Origin: Balanoglossus misakiensis
Lineage: Eukaryota; Animalia; Hemichordata
Assembly (NCBI GenBank): GCA_040954595.2
Contig: CM082579.2
Span: 11,843,834-11,907,833, forward strand
Length of the DNA stretch: 64,000 nt
Direction: 5' to 3'
The notes below the pieces were generated by a model that saw only the letters and a list, made by a program, of their open reading frames with translations, had not been told where the DNA came from and did no database searches. Shown piece by piece: positions 23,256 through 35,042 of this stretch; the stretch's first letter is position 1; every line of letters starts with the position of its first letter. The position numbers were made by a program, and so were the translations under genes.

Positions 23256-23506
23256 TTGTTCATTTCCTGTTAACACTCGAAGACACTTCTGTGATACGAT
23301 ATCCCGTTTTCAATGAAGTAATCCGTCGTAAGCGAGTAACCTTAAAAATCAAACTCCTCTCGTACATTACATCGTATCCATTATGCACCAAAGAATATTA
23401 ACCGTCATGAATACCTAAGAAACTGACATTCCGTAATTGTAACCCATACGCATTATTTTCTTACAAACAAAAGAAATAATTTATCATCATCTTCATAAAC
23501 ACTCAC

Positions 23507-23549
23507 CTTCCTTGTTTACAGCCATGCAGAGCAATATGGACCTTGCAGC
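23507..23549 (-). CDS. PHB/PHA depolymerase-like gene, oxyanion-motif exon
   Basis: ctag|..GCKVHIALHGCKQGR|gtgagt; HGCxQ motif, phase-compatible with the next exon. Confidence 0.9.
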
Positions 23550-23992
23550 CTAGAAATAATGCATTAATAATTATTTAATAACTTCATCATGGACAGCGAT
23601 GAAGACCTCCTTATGATTCGCACAGCAACGCGTTCATAGAGAGGGAAACATTTGACCTGAAGACGAGGCAGATGGAATTGGCAGACAGGTTCAGTATAGT
23701 CAACCGTGACCATTGCATATACACAAGCTTTAAGCCTAGTTGATGAATCAGCACAAGTCAAAGTCCTGGAGAGACTGTGTATGTACAAGTATGTGATTTT
23801 GTTAAATACAAATATATGAAAGATAAACGATCCAGGTTCGTGATTAAACTGAACAATTCGCTGATGTTTAACTATTTGATCAGAAGCACTTACCACTGTA
23901 TCTGGTGTTACAGCCAGATGGCACATAGACATAACCGATGAAATCCATGCTGGATTGTTCGGGATAAGACGAATAGAAACATTCGTCTTATG

Positions 23993-25760
23993 TCCCCTGT
24001 GCCAAATTTCAAGGTCCTAGGCCACGTTGACTTTGAGAAGAAGATTTTTGTAATATTTTTCGCATTTTTTGGTGGGCTGAGGACGAACACTGGGGCATCG
24101 GACTTTGAACGTCATTACGTAATGTTGTGGAGATCTCATTAGCAGGCGGGTTGCAGTAGTCCTTGGAAAATCGGCTGAAATACGTAAACAGACCAGTGAT
24201 TATTTTCCACGGAATGAATTTTGGGACAACACATTATCGGAGTTCAGGCTGTGTTAGGGTGTTTTATTGAATTACGCCGAGTTTGTTAGCTGTTGCCGTT
24301 CAAATGTGTCTACGCAGACCCGGCTACACTGGTTAACATTCAATGTAATGCGGCAGCGGACTTTGACCCTCAGTCGCTAATGTTGTGGGAGGTTTCATCA
24401 TTAGCATGGTAGTCACATGTAGTGGATAGTAGTTCGGGAAATTGGCCGAAATACGTAAGCAGACCAGTGATTTTCTTGCACGAAGGGAGTTTAGTACCAT
24501 CAGAGATCAGGCTTCGTTGCCGTTCAAAAGTTCCTACTTTAGTCGTAACGTTGCAACTGGACATTCAGGATGGGGTTCGGCCCGCAGGTGGCCGTGGGGG
24601 TTATCAGGTCGCCCGTAATGGCACGCAGCTTCATGCAGCTGTATGGGACCAAAATAATACGCCCGATTCAGGGGTCACCAGTGTGACACCGTACCTGCGT
24701 AACTCTATTATGTGCATGCGTAATTGTGGGGTCAATGAAAGGGATGCTAGCGTGGAATTTGTTGCACATGGATCAATATGAAGTCCGATTTTCCTCTCAA
24801 GTTGTGGGCGACCTTATGTGACATTTCACCTACTTTTGCTTAGTGAATAACAGCAGATGCATGCAGCTTTGGCGTGGTGGGGGGGGGGGGGTATATGGAT
24901 GGGACCATAATGATATACCAAAGGCGGGGTCACCTGTTGCACCTGCCTAAGTCATTGATTTTGTACATTTAATTGGACACTAACCAACAGGGCGATATGT
25001 GTGGTTTTTGTTCCACAGGGACGAATGTAAGTGTCAGTTGATTTTTGCCCAAATGTATAAGGTGATTTGGATGACCTCTGTCGTACAGTGCCATATCTCA
25101 GCACGTTGTACAGGTGCAGCTTTGGTATTTGGAGGGATGAAACTATCATAAAATGCCAAATACAGGGGGATACCTGTGACACCTGCTTGATTCATGTATT
25201 ATGTGCATACCTAATGGTAGGCAAAGTGAAAGGGCTGCAAATGTAGGATTTGTTGCACATGACATAAGCAGGAATGAAAACATTTTGTCAAATATTTGGG
25301 TGACCTCAGGTGTCCATTGACCTGCTTTCCATATGTTAGCATGCACATCATATATAGCCAGGTGTTTGGAGGGGTAGGGTAGGACCCTCTGCAACATGAA
25401 ATGCTAAATTCCTGGGGCCACCTGTAACTTACTTGCGAAACTCATTATTATCCAACCCAAAGGGCCAGGATTTTCCGTTGTCTTGAATATGAACCAAATA
25501 AGAATCCTAATTTTTGGCCCAATTTTTGGGTACCCTCACCTGACCTTTGAAGTACTTACTGAAGGACTTACAACGGAGAAGTTCACCTTTGGTTGTTGTG
25601 TTTGTACTTGTAGGACATGCATTTCGGGTGGTTGCCTACTTCCCCATATCTCAACATCGAGAGCAAATACAGCCTACGCATTTGAATGGTACAGCCCTGA
25701 ATGGATTCTAATGCTTATTAACTCTATGCTTGGGCCCCTTCAATGCTGCTTGCAGCTTTA
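23993..25760 (+). mobile_element. 5'-truncated Helentron/HINE-like element, paralogous to 49257-53587
   Basis: Ends GCTTGGGCCC..GCTGCTTGCAGC-TTTAA; colinear with 49257-50026 plus 52625-53587. Confidence 0.8.
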
Positions 25761-25769
25761 ATTCAGTAT

Positions 25770-26082
25770 TATGATCCGTGGGGCGGGGTGGCAAGTAGTG
25801 TGCCCTGGTACACTAGACAAGCCAGCCGATAAATGAAATGTGGCGGAGAATAAAGGGGGTGGGTGTGGGAGGGGGTGTCCCCCTCCGACATTAGAAAATT
25901 TTGTAAAATAAAGGGTGCGAAACTGCAATTTTGTGGACTCAAAAGTAAAAGTTCGGTGGCAAAAGTATGTGACACCCCCCTAAACGTTTTAAAAAAAGAT
26001 GCCCCCCCCCCTCTTTGGACTTCAAAATTTAAGTAATCACCCCTGGATTTGCCGCCCCCAGCCGTAAAAACTGAACGGTCCC
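25770..26082. mobile_element. Truncated copy of the PIF/Harbinger-type MITE family
   Basis: One TIR, GCCGTAAAAACTGAACGGTCCC|TAA; body matches ~33960-34290. Confidence 0.75.
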
Positions 26083-28167
26083 TAAGTAGAATTTTTCTGT
26101 TCATTGATCATTACCCAACCCCCACCTGCCCCTGTTGATGGCAGGCATTGAGGACACAAGGACGTCAAGGTTCATTCAAGTTATAAATATTTTTATTGAA
26201 TACCACTGCGTTCAAGTTGAATAAAGAAACATTTTGAACTGCTGGTGTGCCACTCTCACGGTAAGATGTGGGTTGTATGATAAGCGGTAGACATGGGACT
26301 GTAATGCAATACCGTGAATATAGCTCTTCTATTATCAGTGGCCGCGCTTGTTTTTTATTCCATAGGTCTCTCGGGGACAATGTAACCCCAAATTATATCT
26401 TGGTCATAATACTGAATAATCGCCTTATATTTTCCCCTTATTTCAAGACTTCTCTCTGTACAAAAAAAAATATTTTCTTTGTAGTTTATTTACATGAACA
26501 AAGATCTCCATATATGGTATGATGCTATTATGGAACCATTCCAAAAAATCATTTGATCGTAGATTTGATCAAGTACGTCTGACTGGAATGATAAGTATGA
26601 TTGATAACTGTAATTAGTAACCAAACATTACAGCTATGCATGTTTACGTTTCAAAGTCGAATATACCATTGTTGTATTTTGTGACTCATTGGCGACGCAG
26701 TTAAGGATCGTAATCCTAAATACAAACAATGGTATATTCGACTTTGAAACATGCATAGGTGTAATGTTGGGTTACTACGGAACTAAATAAAAAAATAGAT
26801 CTTGTAACAAAAACAATCTCAATCGATAAAGATAATGATGTCATCGTACAGTTCACAAGGCCCAACATACTTACACGATAAACACGTATAAAAAGGAAGT
26901 CAAAGAGAAACTGTCCTAGTAGTGACACAACTGGGAATCGAGACGACGACAAAACAACCTTCGAGCGAATACACAAATCAGCTAGTACCATCGAGGGAGT
27001 CATTTTCATCAGGTAATGGATTTTATTTTAACATTGCGTTAATTTTATTTTGGTCAACATTTAAAAAAAACATTTGTTCATTTCATCAAAGCATTACAAA
27101 ACAGACTCCTGATTGTACATTTAAACTCATAAATGCCACAGAAGTATTTTAAGACATGATTATCGAAAATCTTTCTCATATTTTTCTATTAATTTCTTGT
27201 TCGATTCTCATCTTGCATACCAATTCTTCTTCGAAAAGAGAAGATGATCAGAATTTTTTTAAAAGGTGCACTGGTTCTTGCTTTGACAAATTAACCATGA
27301 TTTGTTACTTGAAAACATTGACTACAATGACACGATTGATACAGTTCTCGAAATCATCGTTGCCAATTATGAAAGTCAATTACGACATTTTTACAAGTTT
27401 AAATTTAAAAACTTTAGAAAAGTAACTTTCTTCCAGATTTTTGTAAGGCGTAGGAAATCCAAAAACATGCGTTTCTGAGTTGCTAAAATGCTTCGAGGCC
27501 AATATAAAGTATTAGTCGACTTATTTCTATTTATGTAATTTTTCCTGATTGCATATAAATATATGGTGAAGACAGAAAGTCACCTTTCCTTTGAGATCCA
27601 GACGTTTCATTATGAAGCGGCTTATATCCTAAAATATCAGTGCTTAATTTTTTCTCAAAACTAATGCTCGTATGTATCAAATAATGCATCACGCCGTTAG
27701 GTGAACTTTTATGAATTATTGTGTGATTAAACTCATCAAACTTTCTCTCATTTAACAGTAACATTGTCTGGTTGAAGTCAAGTCTGTTTAAGCAGTTCCA
27801 ATGTATAGGAATAAGCTCATAAAGGTTTACCCTTTCTTTTTAACACATTCTTGTTAAAAAAGTATTTATAATGATTCTTAACCTTGATTTTTATCAATCA
27901 GAGAGAGTAGATAAGGTATTAGTTGACTTGTATTGAGTGAATGGGTTTCCATGTCTAAGTGAACACACTCTAATTCTGAAATTCGTAGTCACTTTAAGCT
28001 TTGTACCAATATCTTCCAAAAGTCTGATGCAGCACAAGGATTATACACCAGTGCAAATTATGGCGATCACACCTTATAGCAGATAGTTACGTTTATTTAC
28101 ATCTATGTTACATAGTTCTGGTCATAGAGCGTCTGCGCCTATTGGAGTAGCCCACTAGTCGCTTGCT

Positions 28168-30050
28168 GATCAATCAATCAATCAATCAGAGAAATTTGTA
28201 TAGCGCCAGTATCTATAACAAGTGTCATACTCAAAGGCGCTTGTGCTCATTGGCCCACACCATATGCTCTTGCGAAATAATGCGTCTTCAGTCTTTTCTT
28301 AAAGATACTCAAACTTGCAGCTTGACGAATGTCTTGTGGCAGAGAGTTCCACAGTTTCGGTGCAGCATGAGAGAATGCTCGGCCACCGTATGAAGAACGT
28401 TTGTACATTGTAGTGCATAAAAGGCTCTTATTAGCTGAACGAAGCCTGCGACCAGGAGAATATGTCCGAATGAGATCGCGGATATAGTTCGGAGCGAGAT
28501 TATTTAAGGCTTTGTATGTGAGCAGATTAATTTTATACTCTATCCTGTGGCGAACTGGTAACCAATGAAGAAGTTGAAGAACTGGCGTTATATGGGCAGA
28601 CTTCCTGGACCGAGTTATGATTCTTGCAGCTGTATTTTGTGTGCGTTGTAGAAGGTTCAGACTGCTTTCTGGTAGACCATACAGTAATGCATTACCATAG
28701 TCGAGTTCCGCTGCCAAAATAGCATGAATCACTGTTTGACATGTTGCTTTGTTAAGAAATTTCCTGATTTGACCGACACGGCGAAAGTGGTAATATATTG
28801 ATTGACAAGTTTTCTTGATGTGATCTTTATACATGTGCGTATTGTCAAATATTACACCAATATTGCGAGCTGATTTAACGACGGGAACAGAGCTTGAACC
28901 AATGGTAATCTTGTCAATAGCATCAGCAGAGTGATGAAATTGTGAACGAATAAGTAGAATCTCAGTTTTGGAGTCGTTGAGTTGAAGCTTGTTTTGGGGT
29001 CATCCAGTCCTTAAGATCACGGATACAGGCCTCAATGGCTGCTATAGCGGAAGATGAATCGGTGTGAGAGAAGGCAAGGTAAATCTGATTGTCATCTGCA
29101 TATTGATGGAATTGTAGGTTGTGCTGACGAATAAGCTTTCCCAACGGAGAAATATAGATTGTGAACAAAATGGGGCCAAGAACTGAACCCTGTGGCACTT
29201 CAAAACGAACATGTGATGGTTGACTGGTGATCTTGTCTATTATTATGGATTGGTCTCGATTTTTGAGGTAGGATGCAAACCACTCGAGTGCCATATCAGT
29301 AATGCCAAGACTGGATAGCCTTCTTAACAGTAGATCGTGGTCGATGGTGTCGAAGGCAGCCGATAAATCCAAGAGAATAAGGAGTACACATTTTCCAGAA
29401 TCGATGGCTAAGCAGATGTCATTGTGAACTTTTAGTAGAGCTGTTTCGGTGCTATGATACTTCCTGTATGCAGACTGCAATGGTTCCATTAGTGAATTCG
29501 TGGTGAGATATGTATTGAGTTGAACGGCAACGATCTTCTCGAGGACCTTTGAGAGAAATGGCAGGTTAGAAACTGGTCAATAGTTTTTAAGTATGTTATT
29601 ATCCAGGGTGGTCTTTTTGATTAGTGGTGTAACAACTGCATGCTTGAAGGATTGTGGAACGTCACCTGATTGTAGAGAAAGATTTATTGTATTGGTCATG
29701 AATGGTAGCAGCACATCCAGGCTCTCTTTAAGTAGTGAAGTTGGAATCGGGTCAAGGCAGCAGGATTTCGTTGGAGACTTTGTGATGATGTGAAGTACTT
29801 GTTGACTATCAACTGGCTGAAAAGTATTCAGAGTAGCACCGCTGTGCGCTTCTAAGTCGTTGAATTTGGTGGATATTTTGCTATTGTCCAAGGTGATACG
29901 AATGTCATCAATTTTCTGAATAAAATACTGGCTGAACCGATCTAAAAGTTCTGTAGTTGACGTATGATTTGGAAGCTGTCTTGGGTTGCTGAACAATGTT
30001 GAAATTGTCCGGAATAAAGATTTCTATAAGATTGGTGTAGAATTTGCACT
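28168..30050 (-). mobile_element. 5'-truncated L2/CR1-group LINE with frameshifted RT
   Basis: ORFs 29577-29996, 28962-29489 (LQSAYRKYHSTETAL, DLSAAFDTIDH, VPQGSVLGP, YADD) and 28247-28834 (HITPVLQLLHWLPV, RAFSHAAPKLWNSLP); (GATT)n tail at ~28168-28187. Confidence 0.93.
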
Positions 30051-30461
30051 TGGTCTTACGTATTTGCTGATTTTTGTCTTTATAAAGATTTTTAAATATT
30101 TTTCGTGTACGTGCTTGCGTTGAGCGAGTTTCTGGTACTGAGCTGAGTTTCGAATTCGAAGCTCGGCTTCTGGTTTCGGTTACCGTCCACCGAGGGCCAA
30201 CAAGCTACATGGAGAGACTAAAATGTATTTATTATGAAATAATCGAGCCCATAGACTTGTAGCAAGTCCAGCACCCTATATGTATACCACGACTGCTGAT
30301 CGAAGCATATGGCAGTTTTATTCATTCTCCTGTTTATGGTTTACAACCTCCAGTAGTAAAGGCGTGAGATCTTAGCACAGGGGACGCTCCCTCCGTGCTT
30401 GTATTTTGTGTTTGTTTGTTTGTTTGCTATTAATTGGCATAATAAACAAGCAAATATGTAT

Positions 30462-30492
<31 letters not shown>

Positions 30493-30679
30493 TATATTTA
30501 TTTATTTATTTATTTATGTGGTCACGTTTGTTTGTTGACATGTTAAGGTTAGGGTATATGCAACGGTTAGGGTTAGGGTTGGGATTTATTCGCTCCACAG
30601 TATCACTACTTATATACAAATAGACAAGGGAAGAATCTAGCCTATTTCTAAGGTCTCCAGGCTCTCCAGCACCTTATTT

Positions 30680-32650
30680 TCAAGTCCAGAATAACACAAC
30701 AAATAAATGTCTGACAATTGAAATATTACGTTTGCGGTGACAACATAATCTACACTTACTACCGGGTATATCTATGCCGTAATTCCATGAAAAGGGTATA
30801 AATCGGCGATATTTGCCATCGTTCTCCATTGAAAAATTGCGTGGTCCACTCAAAGTACAACAATATCTCTGCAATTCTCTCAGCTTTTCCGGCGCGATGT
30901 CGAATACATCAATCTCTCCTTCTTCTCCGGGAGTCTGTACATCAGTAACTTCATTTGGAATCGGGTCACTACGGACATTACTGTTGTCTACCTGTAGCTC
31001 ATTCTCACCACTATCGACCTGTGGTTCCACATCTTCAGACACAGACAGATCGGCATCACCACTGTCAATCTGTTGTTCACCGTCCTCAGATACAGACTGA
31101 TTCACTTCAGGTATTTCTTCTGGTTCCGCTGTCTGCACTTCTTTGTCTACCACTACAGACAACACATGTTCAGCCGATGGGTCTTCACTTTCTTGTGAAA
31201 TTTCTGCAACAGCCGTAGTATCATCGGTACAGCGTTGTCTACCCAAAGGTGCAACATCAAGTTCAACTGGCTTTGGCTGCACACCAGTTCTGGCGATATC
31301 AATCAGTTCTTCTTGAAGCCGTTTCTGCTTCAGCTTCGCCTGCCGACGCGTAACGAAGAACGCTGGCTTGCACATATCAGCTTCGTCAGTTTCTTCAATA
31401 TCATTACCCAACAGGACGTCTTCTGGCAATGTGTCCAACACAGCAGCCAAGATCTCACCATCATAACACTGGCAGTATATACGGAAAACAGTTATGATGT
31501 TGACGAACTGATCTTCTTGGTACCCATCTGGAGATACAAGTGCTGAGCGTACAATGGTCTGATCGCAACCAGTGTCTCTCAGGATACAGACACTTTCACC
31601 ATCTACCACACCAGGCGTACCATTTCTTTTGGACTTACCACGGCAGCCACTACTACCAGGCACCATCTGCTAGACATGGCATCTAAACCCTTTCTGTCTT
31701 TCCTCAATGATTTTCTTATAAGGGCATTTGCTTGCCTTGTGTCCAGGTTGGTTACAAGAGTAGCATGTGAAAACACTCTTTGGTTTCCCTTGCGGCGATT
31801 CGGCCTTGTCATTCAGTGGACCAGGCTGCTTCACTGCACCGGGTTGCTTTTCTGAACTGGGTTGATTCGTATCATCTGAAGGGCGGCCATTGTAACGATC
31901 ACTTCTCTTGTGTGTCTCCAAATAATGATCAGCCATATCCACCAATTCTGCTAAATTCTTCGGTTTCTTTTTTGTCAGCCACTCATGCAGGTACGGCGGG
32001 ACATCTCTAGTAGTTGCTCTGCTAATATCAAGTCTTTCAGCTTATCAAAGCTGTCGACTTCTACCGTTTCTAGCCAACAGTCCAGAAAACCTGTATGGTT
32101 TTCTATTCATCACAACTATCTTCTCAGACTCTGCTTTCTATTGGCTCTAAACTTGGAGCGATACGCTTCACTGGTAAGCTCATATCGTTTCAAGAATATA
32201 GGCCTTGCGAACCATCTTGTAATCTTCGCTGTCAGTAGGGGGTAACTTTGCGTACACGTCAAGTGCCTTTCCAGACAAAAGTCCAGCCAATTGGGTAGCC
32301 CATGTTGTCTCAGGCCATTCATGTACCTTGGCTAACTTCTCAAAAGTTCGCAGGTAAGCATTAATATCTTCACCCTCGGTGAACTTTGGCACTTTCGGTC
32401 CCTTGTACTCAGACTTTGCAGCAGCTCTAACTGGAATTCCTGATTCTGTTTCAACATTTCCTGACTCTGCCTTTGCTGTCTTTCATCCATCTCCCTGATA
32501 AACCGCTCATGTTCATGCCATTCCCTTTCAAGCTGCAGCATCTCTTGATTGGGTGGCTCGTTGGCCCCTTCTCTAAGTTGTACAAGTGCTTCAACAGCAG
32601 ATTGATCACCTGCCAGCCTCTCTTCACTCACCTTGGCTTTTTCTGAGGTT
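30680..32650 (-). mobile_element. Degenerate Ty3/Gypsy gag-protease region
   Basis: PKFTEGEDINAYLRTFEKLAKVHEWP..LLSGKAL (gag), CYSCNQPGHKASKC (zinc knuckle), LRDTGCDQTIV..DVLLGND (aspartic protease); several frameshifts and stops. Confidence 0.9.
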
Positions 32651-32662
32651 TCACCCGATTTA

Positions 32663-33003
32663 GGGACCGTTCAGTTTTTACGGCCCAGGGGGGGGGGGGC
32701 GGCAAAATCCAGGAAGGGGGGTCACTTAAATTTTGAAGTCCAAAAGGGGAGGGGGGTCATCTGTTTTTTTTAAAGTTTAGGGGGGGGGGGTCACATACTT
32801 TTGCCACCGAACTCTTGCTTTTGAGTCCACAAAATTGCAGTTTCGCGCCCTTTATTTTACAAAATTTTGGCCTGTCAAAGGGGGGGGGGTCATCATTTTA
32901 TGGGCCTGGTTGAAGGGGGTCGGCCTGATTTTGAAAACCGATGACACAAACTTGCCGCCTGCCCCCCCCCCCCCCCCCCCGGCCATAAAAACTGAACGGT
33001 CCC
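32663..33003. mobile_element. PIF/Harbinger-type MITE (341 bp)
   Basis: TTA|GGGACCGTTCAGTTTTTACGGC ... GCCATAAAAACTGAACGGTCCC|TTA. Confidence 0.9.
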
Positions 33004-33132
33004 TTATGGTCGCCGCCATATTCTCTGTTGTTAGGACAGAGCACTGCCTTATTATGCGATTGACTGTTCACTAAACATCTGTAACCAGCGGCTACAGTTG
33101 GAACATGCGTGTGAGACGAGCTACGCGCTTTA

Positions 33133-34290
33133 GGGACCGTTCAGTTTTTACGGCATGGGGGGGGGCAAGTTTGAGTCATCGGTTTTCAAAATCAGGCCGA
33201 CCCCCCCCCCTTCACTCAGCACCAAAAAATGATGACCCCCCCCCTTTGACAGACCCAAAAATATGATGACCCCCCCCCACGCTGAAAACATTCGCCGTGC
33301 TGATCCTAAGTACACTGTATCCAATAAAGGGAATGAGGCTCCTCACACCTCAATTATAAATTTTTTAAAGTAATTGAAGTATATAATAGTATATCGTTGC
33401 AATAAAGAAATCTATGAACGAAATAAAATGACAAGTCAATACAATAGTTGCTAGAATTGGTAAAACAAGAAAAGTGGCGGGGGTGGGCGTAAGAAAATTT
33501 TGTAAAATACGGTGCTCAAAGTTGCATTTTAATGAACTCAAACGCAATTTAACTTAATGTAAGGCAGGACAAATTTTAATTTTGCCACTCCACTCAAAGT
33601 AAGCATCGGGGGGTGGGGTGGGAAGAAGTCTGACCCAGTACACTAGACAAACCAGCGACTAAATGAAATGTGGCGAAGAATGGTGGGAGGGGGTGTCCCC
33701 CTCCCACATAAGAAAATTTTGTAAAATATGTAGCTCAAAGTTGCATTTTTATGAACTTAAAAACTTAAAAGCAAATTATCTCAATGTTTGGGAGGACCAA
33801 TTTTACTTTTTGCCACTCCACTCAAAGTTAGAAGATTTGGCGTCATCTTCGTCATGACATCATTTATAAAACTTCTAGTATATAGAAGATGCAGCGAGTT
33901 TTGCGAAATGGTTTAAACGATTATTCCCCTTTATGTATTTACTTTGTTAAATATTATCATCAGTGGGGTTGGGGTGGCAAGCACTCTGCCCTGGTACACT
34001 AGACAAACCAGCAAAAAACGAAATGTGACGGAGAATGACGGGGGTGGGTGTGGGAGGGGGTGTCCTCCTCCCACATTAGAAAATTTTGTAAAATGAAGGG
34101 CGCGAAACTGCAATTTTGTGGACTCAAAAGTAAAAGTTCGGTGGCAAAAGTATGTGACCCCCCCTAAACGTTTAAAAAAAACAGATGACCCCCCCCCTCC
34201 TTTTGGACTTCAAATTTTAAGTGACCCCCCCCCCCCCTGGATTTTGCCGGGCCCCCCCCCCCCCCCCGGCCGTAAAAACTTAACGGTCCC
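33133..34290. mobile_element. PIF/Harbinger-type MITE (1158 bp), same family, opposite orientation
   Basis: TTA|GGGACCGTTCAGTTTTTACGGC ... GCCGTAAAAACTTAACGGTCCC|TTA; internal degenerate repeats. Confidence 0.9.
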
Positions 34291-34698
34291 TTAATACAAG
34301 CGTGTAAAAGTGTATTTACCTTGCTCAGAGTCTCTAATTACTCTAACAAGCTGTTAATTATTTCATCAACGTAGCTGGGATGGAGTTTTCTGCGCTGCTC
34401 AGCTCACAGTGGGTTCTCCAAAAGAGTTTATCGTTGACCGCTGAATACAGACTGCACTGCGTACGTGTTCGAGTATTCACCTCGTCCGTTCCGATCTCAG
34501 TTTCCAATTCACAGATTTTAAACTCAGGAATATTCACAAGCTGCCTGAACACGATTCTCACAAAAGTTACTCACACTGTCACAGCAACAAGCCAATACGT
34601 CAGTCCGTCGACTCAACTGGCCCCGTGACTAATTCTCAGAATCCACGCTCAAATTTTCACTACAGTGACTCAACAAACTTGCCTCTTCGAAGAGTTGA

Positions 34699-35042
34699 GG
34701 GGGAGCCGATGGCTGTCACTTTTTCCCACGGCGTACACGTTTGCGGGAAACAAACAAAACTTTAGCGCGTTCAAGATACCTCTTAGAAGACGAAGCCATT
34801 ACTTTTGAGGGAAAGTCGGGGAATTTGGCGGCTGACCATGTTTACTTCAACAAAGAGGGACCGATCACGCATATCATGGCATAAAAAGAATGACAAAAAT
34901 AAGGACGAGGGGTAGGATAACGGTTTAGGTTTAGGTTACAGTTATGGTAAGTTTAAGGCATAAGGGTTAGGTCACAATTCTATGCATGCTCTATAACATG
35001 TCGCCATCTTGAAAGCCACGACAGCGTGGTGCATCGGCTCCC
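34699..35042. mobile_element. Small MITE with GGGAGCCGATG termini and internal GGTTAG-like repeats
   Basis: TGA|GGGGGAGCCGATG ... CATCGGCTCCC|TGA. Confidence 0.5.

Noticed and set aside
22953-23316. Poly-Asp, poly-Met and poly-Ser ORFs
   Set aside because: Read-through of an intronic (TCA)n microsatellite; only 22984-23115 is exon.
26900-28110. Possible decayed - strand coding sequence
   Set aside because: Many stops and no recognisable motif; does not match the missing depolymerase exons.
30546-30582. TTAGGG telomere-like repeats
   Set aside because: Only a few degenerate units, as commonly found inside MITEs; not a telomeric array.
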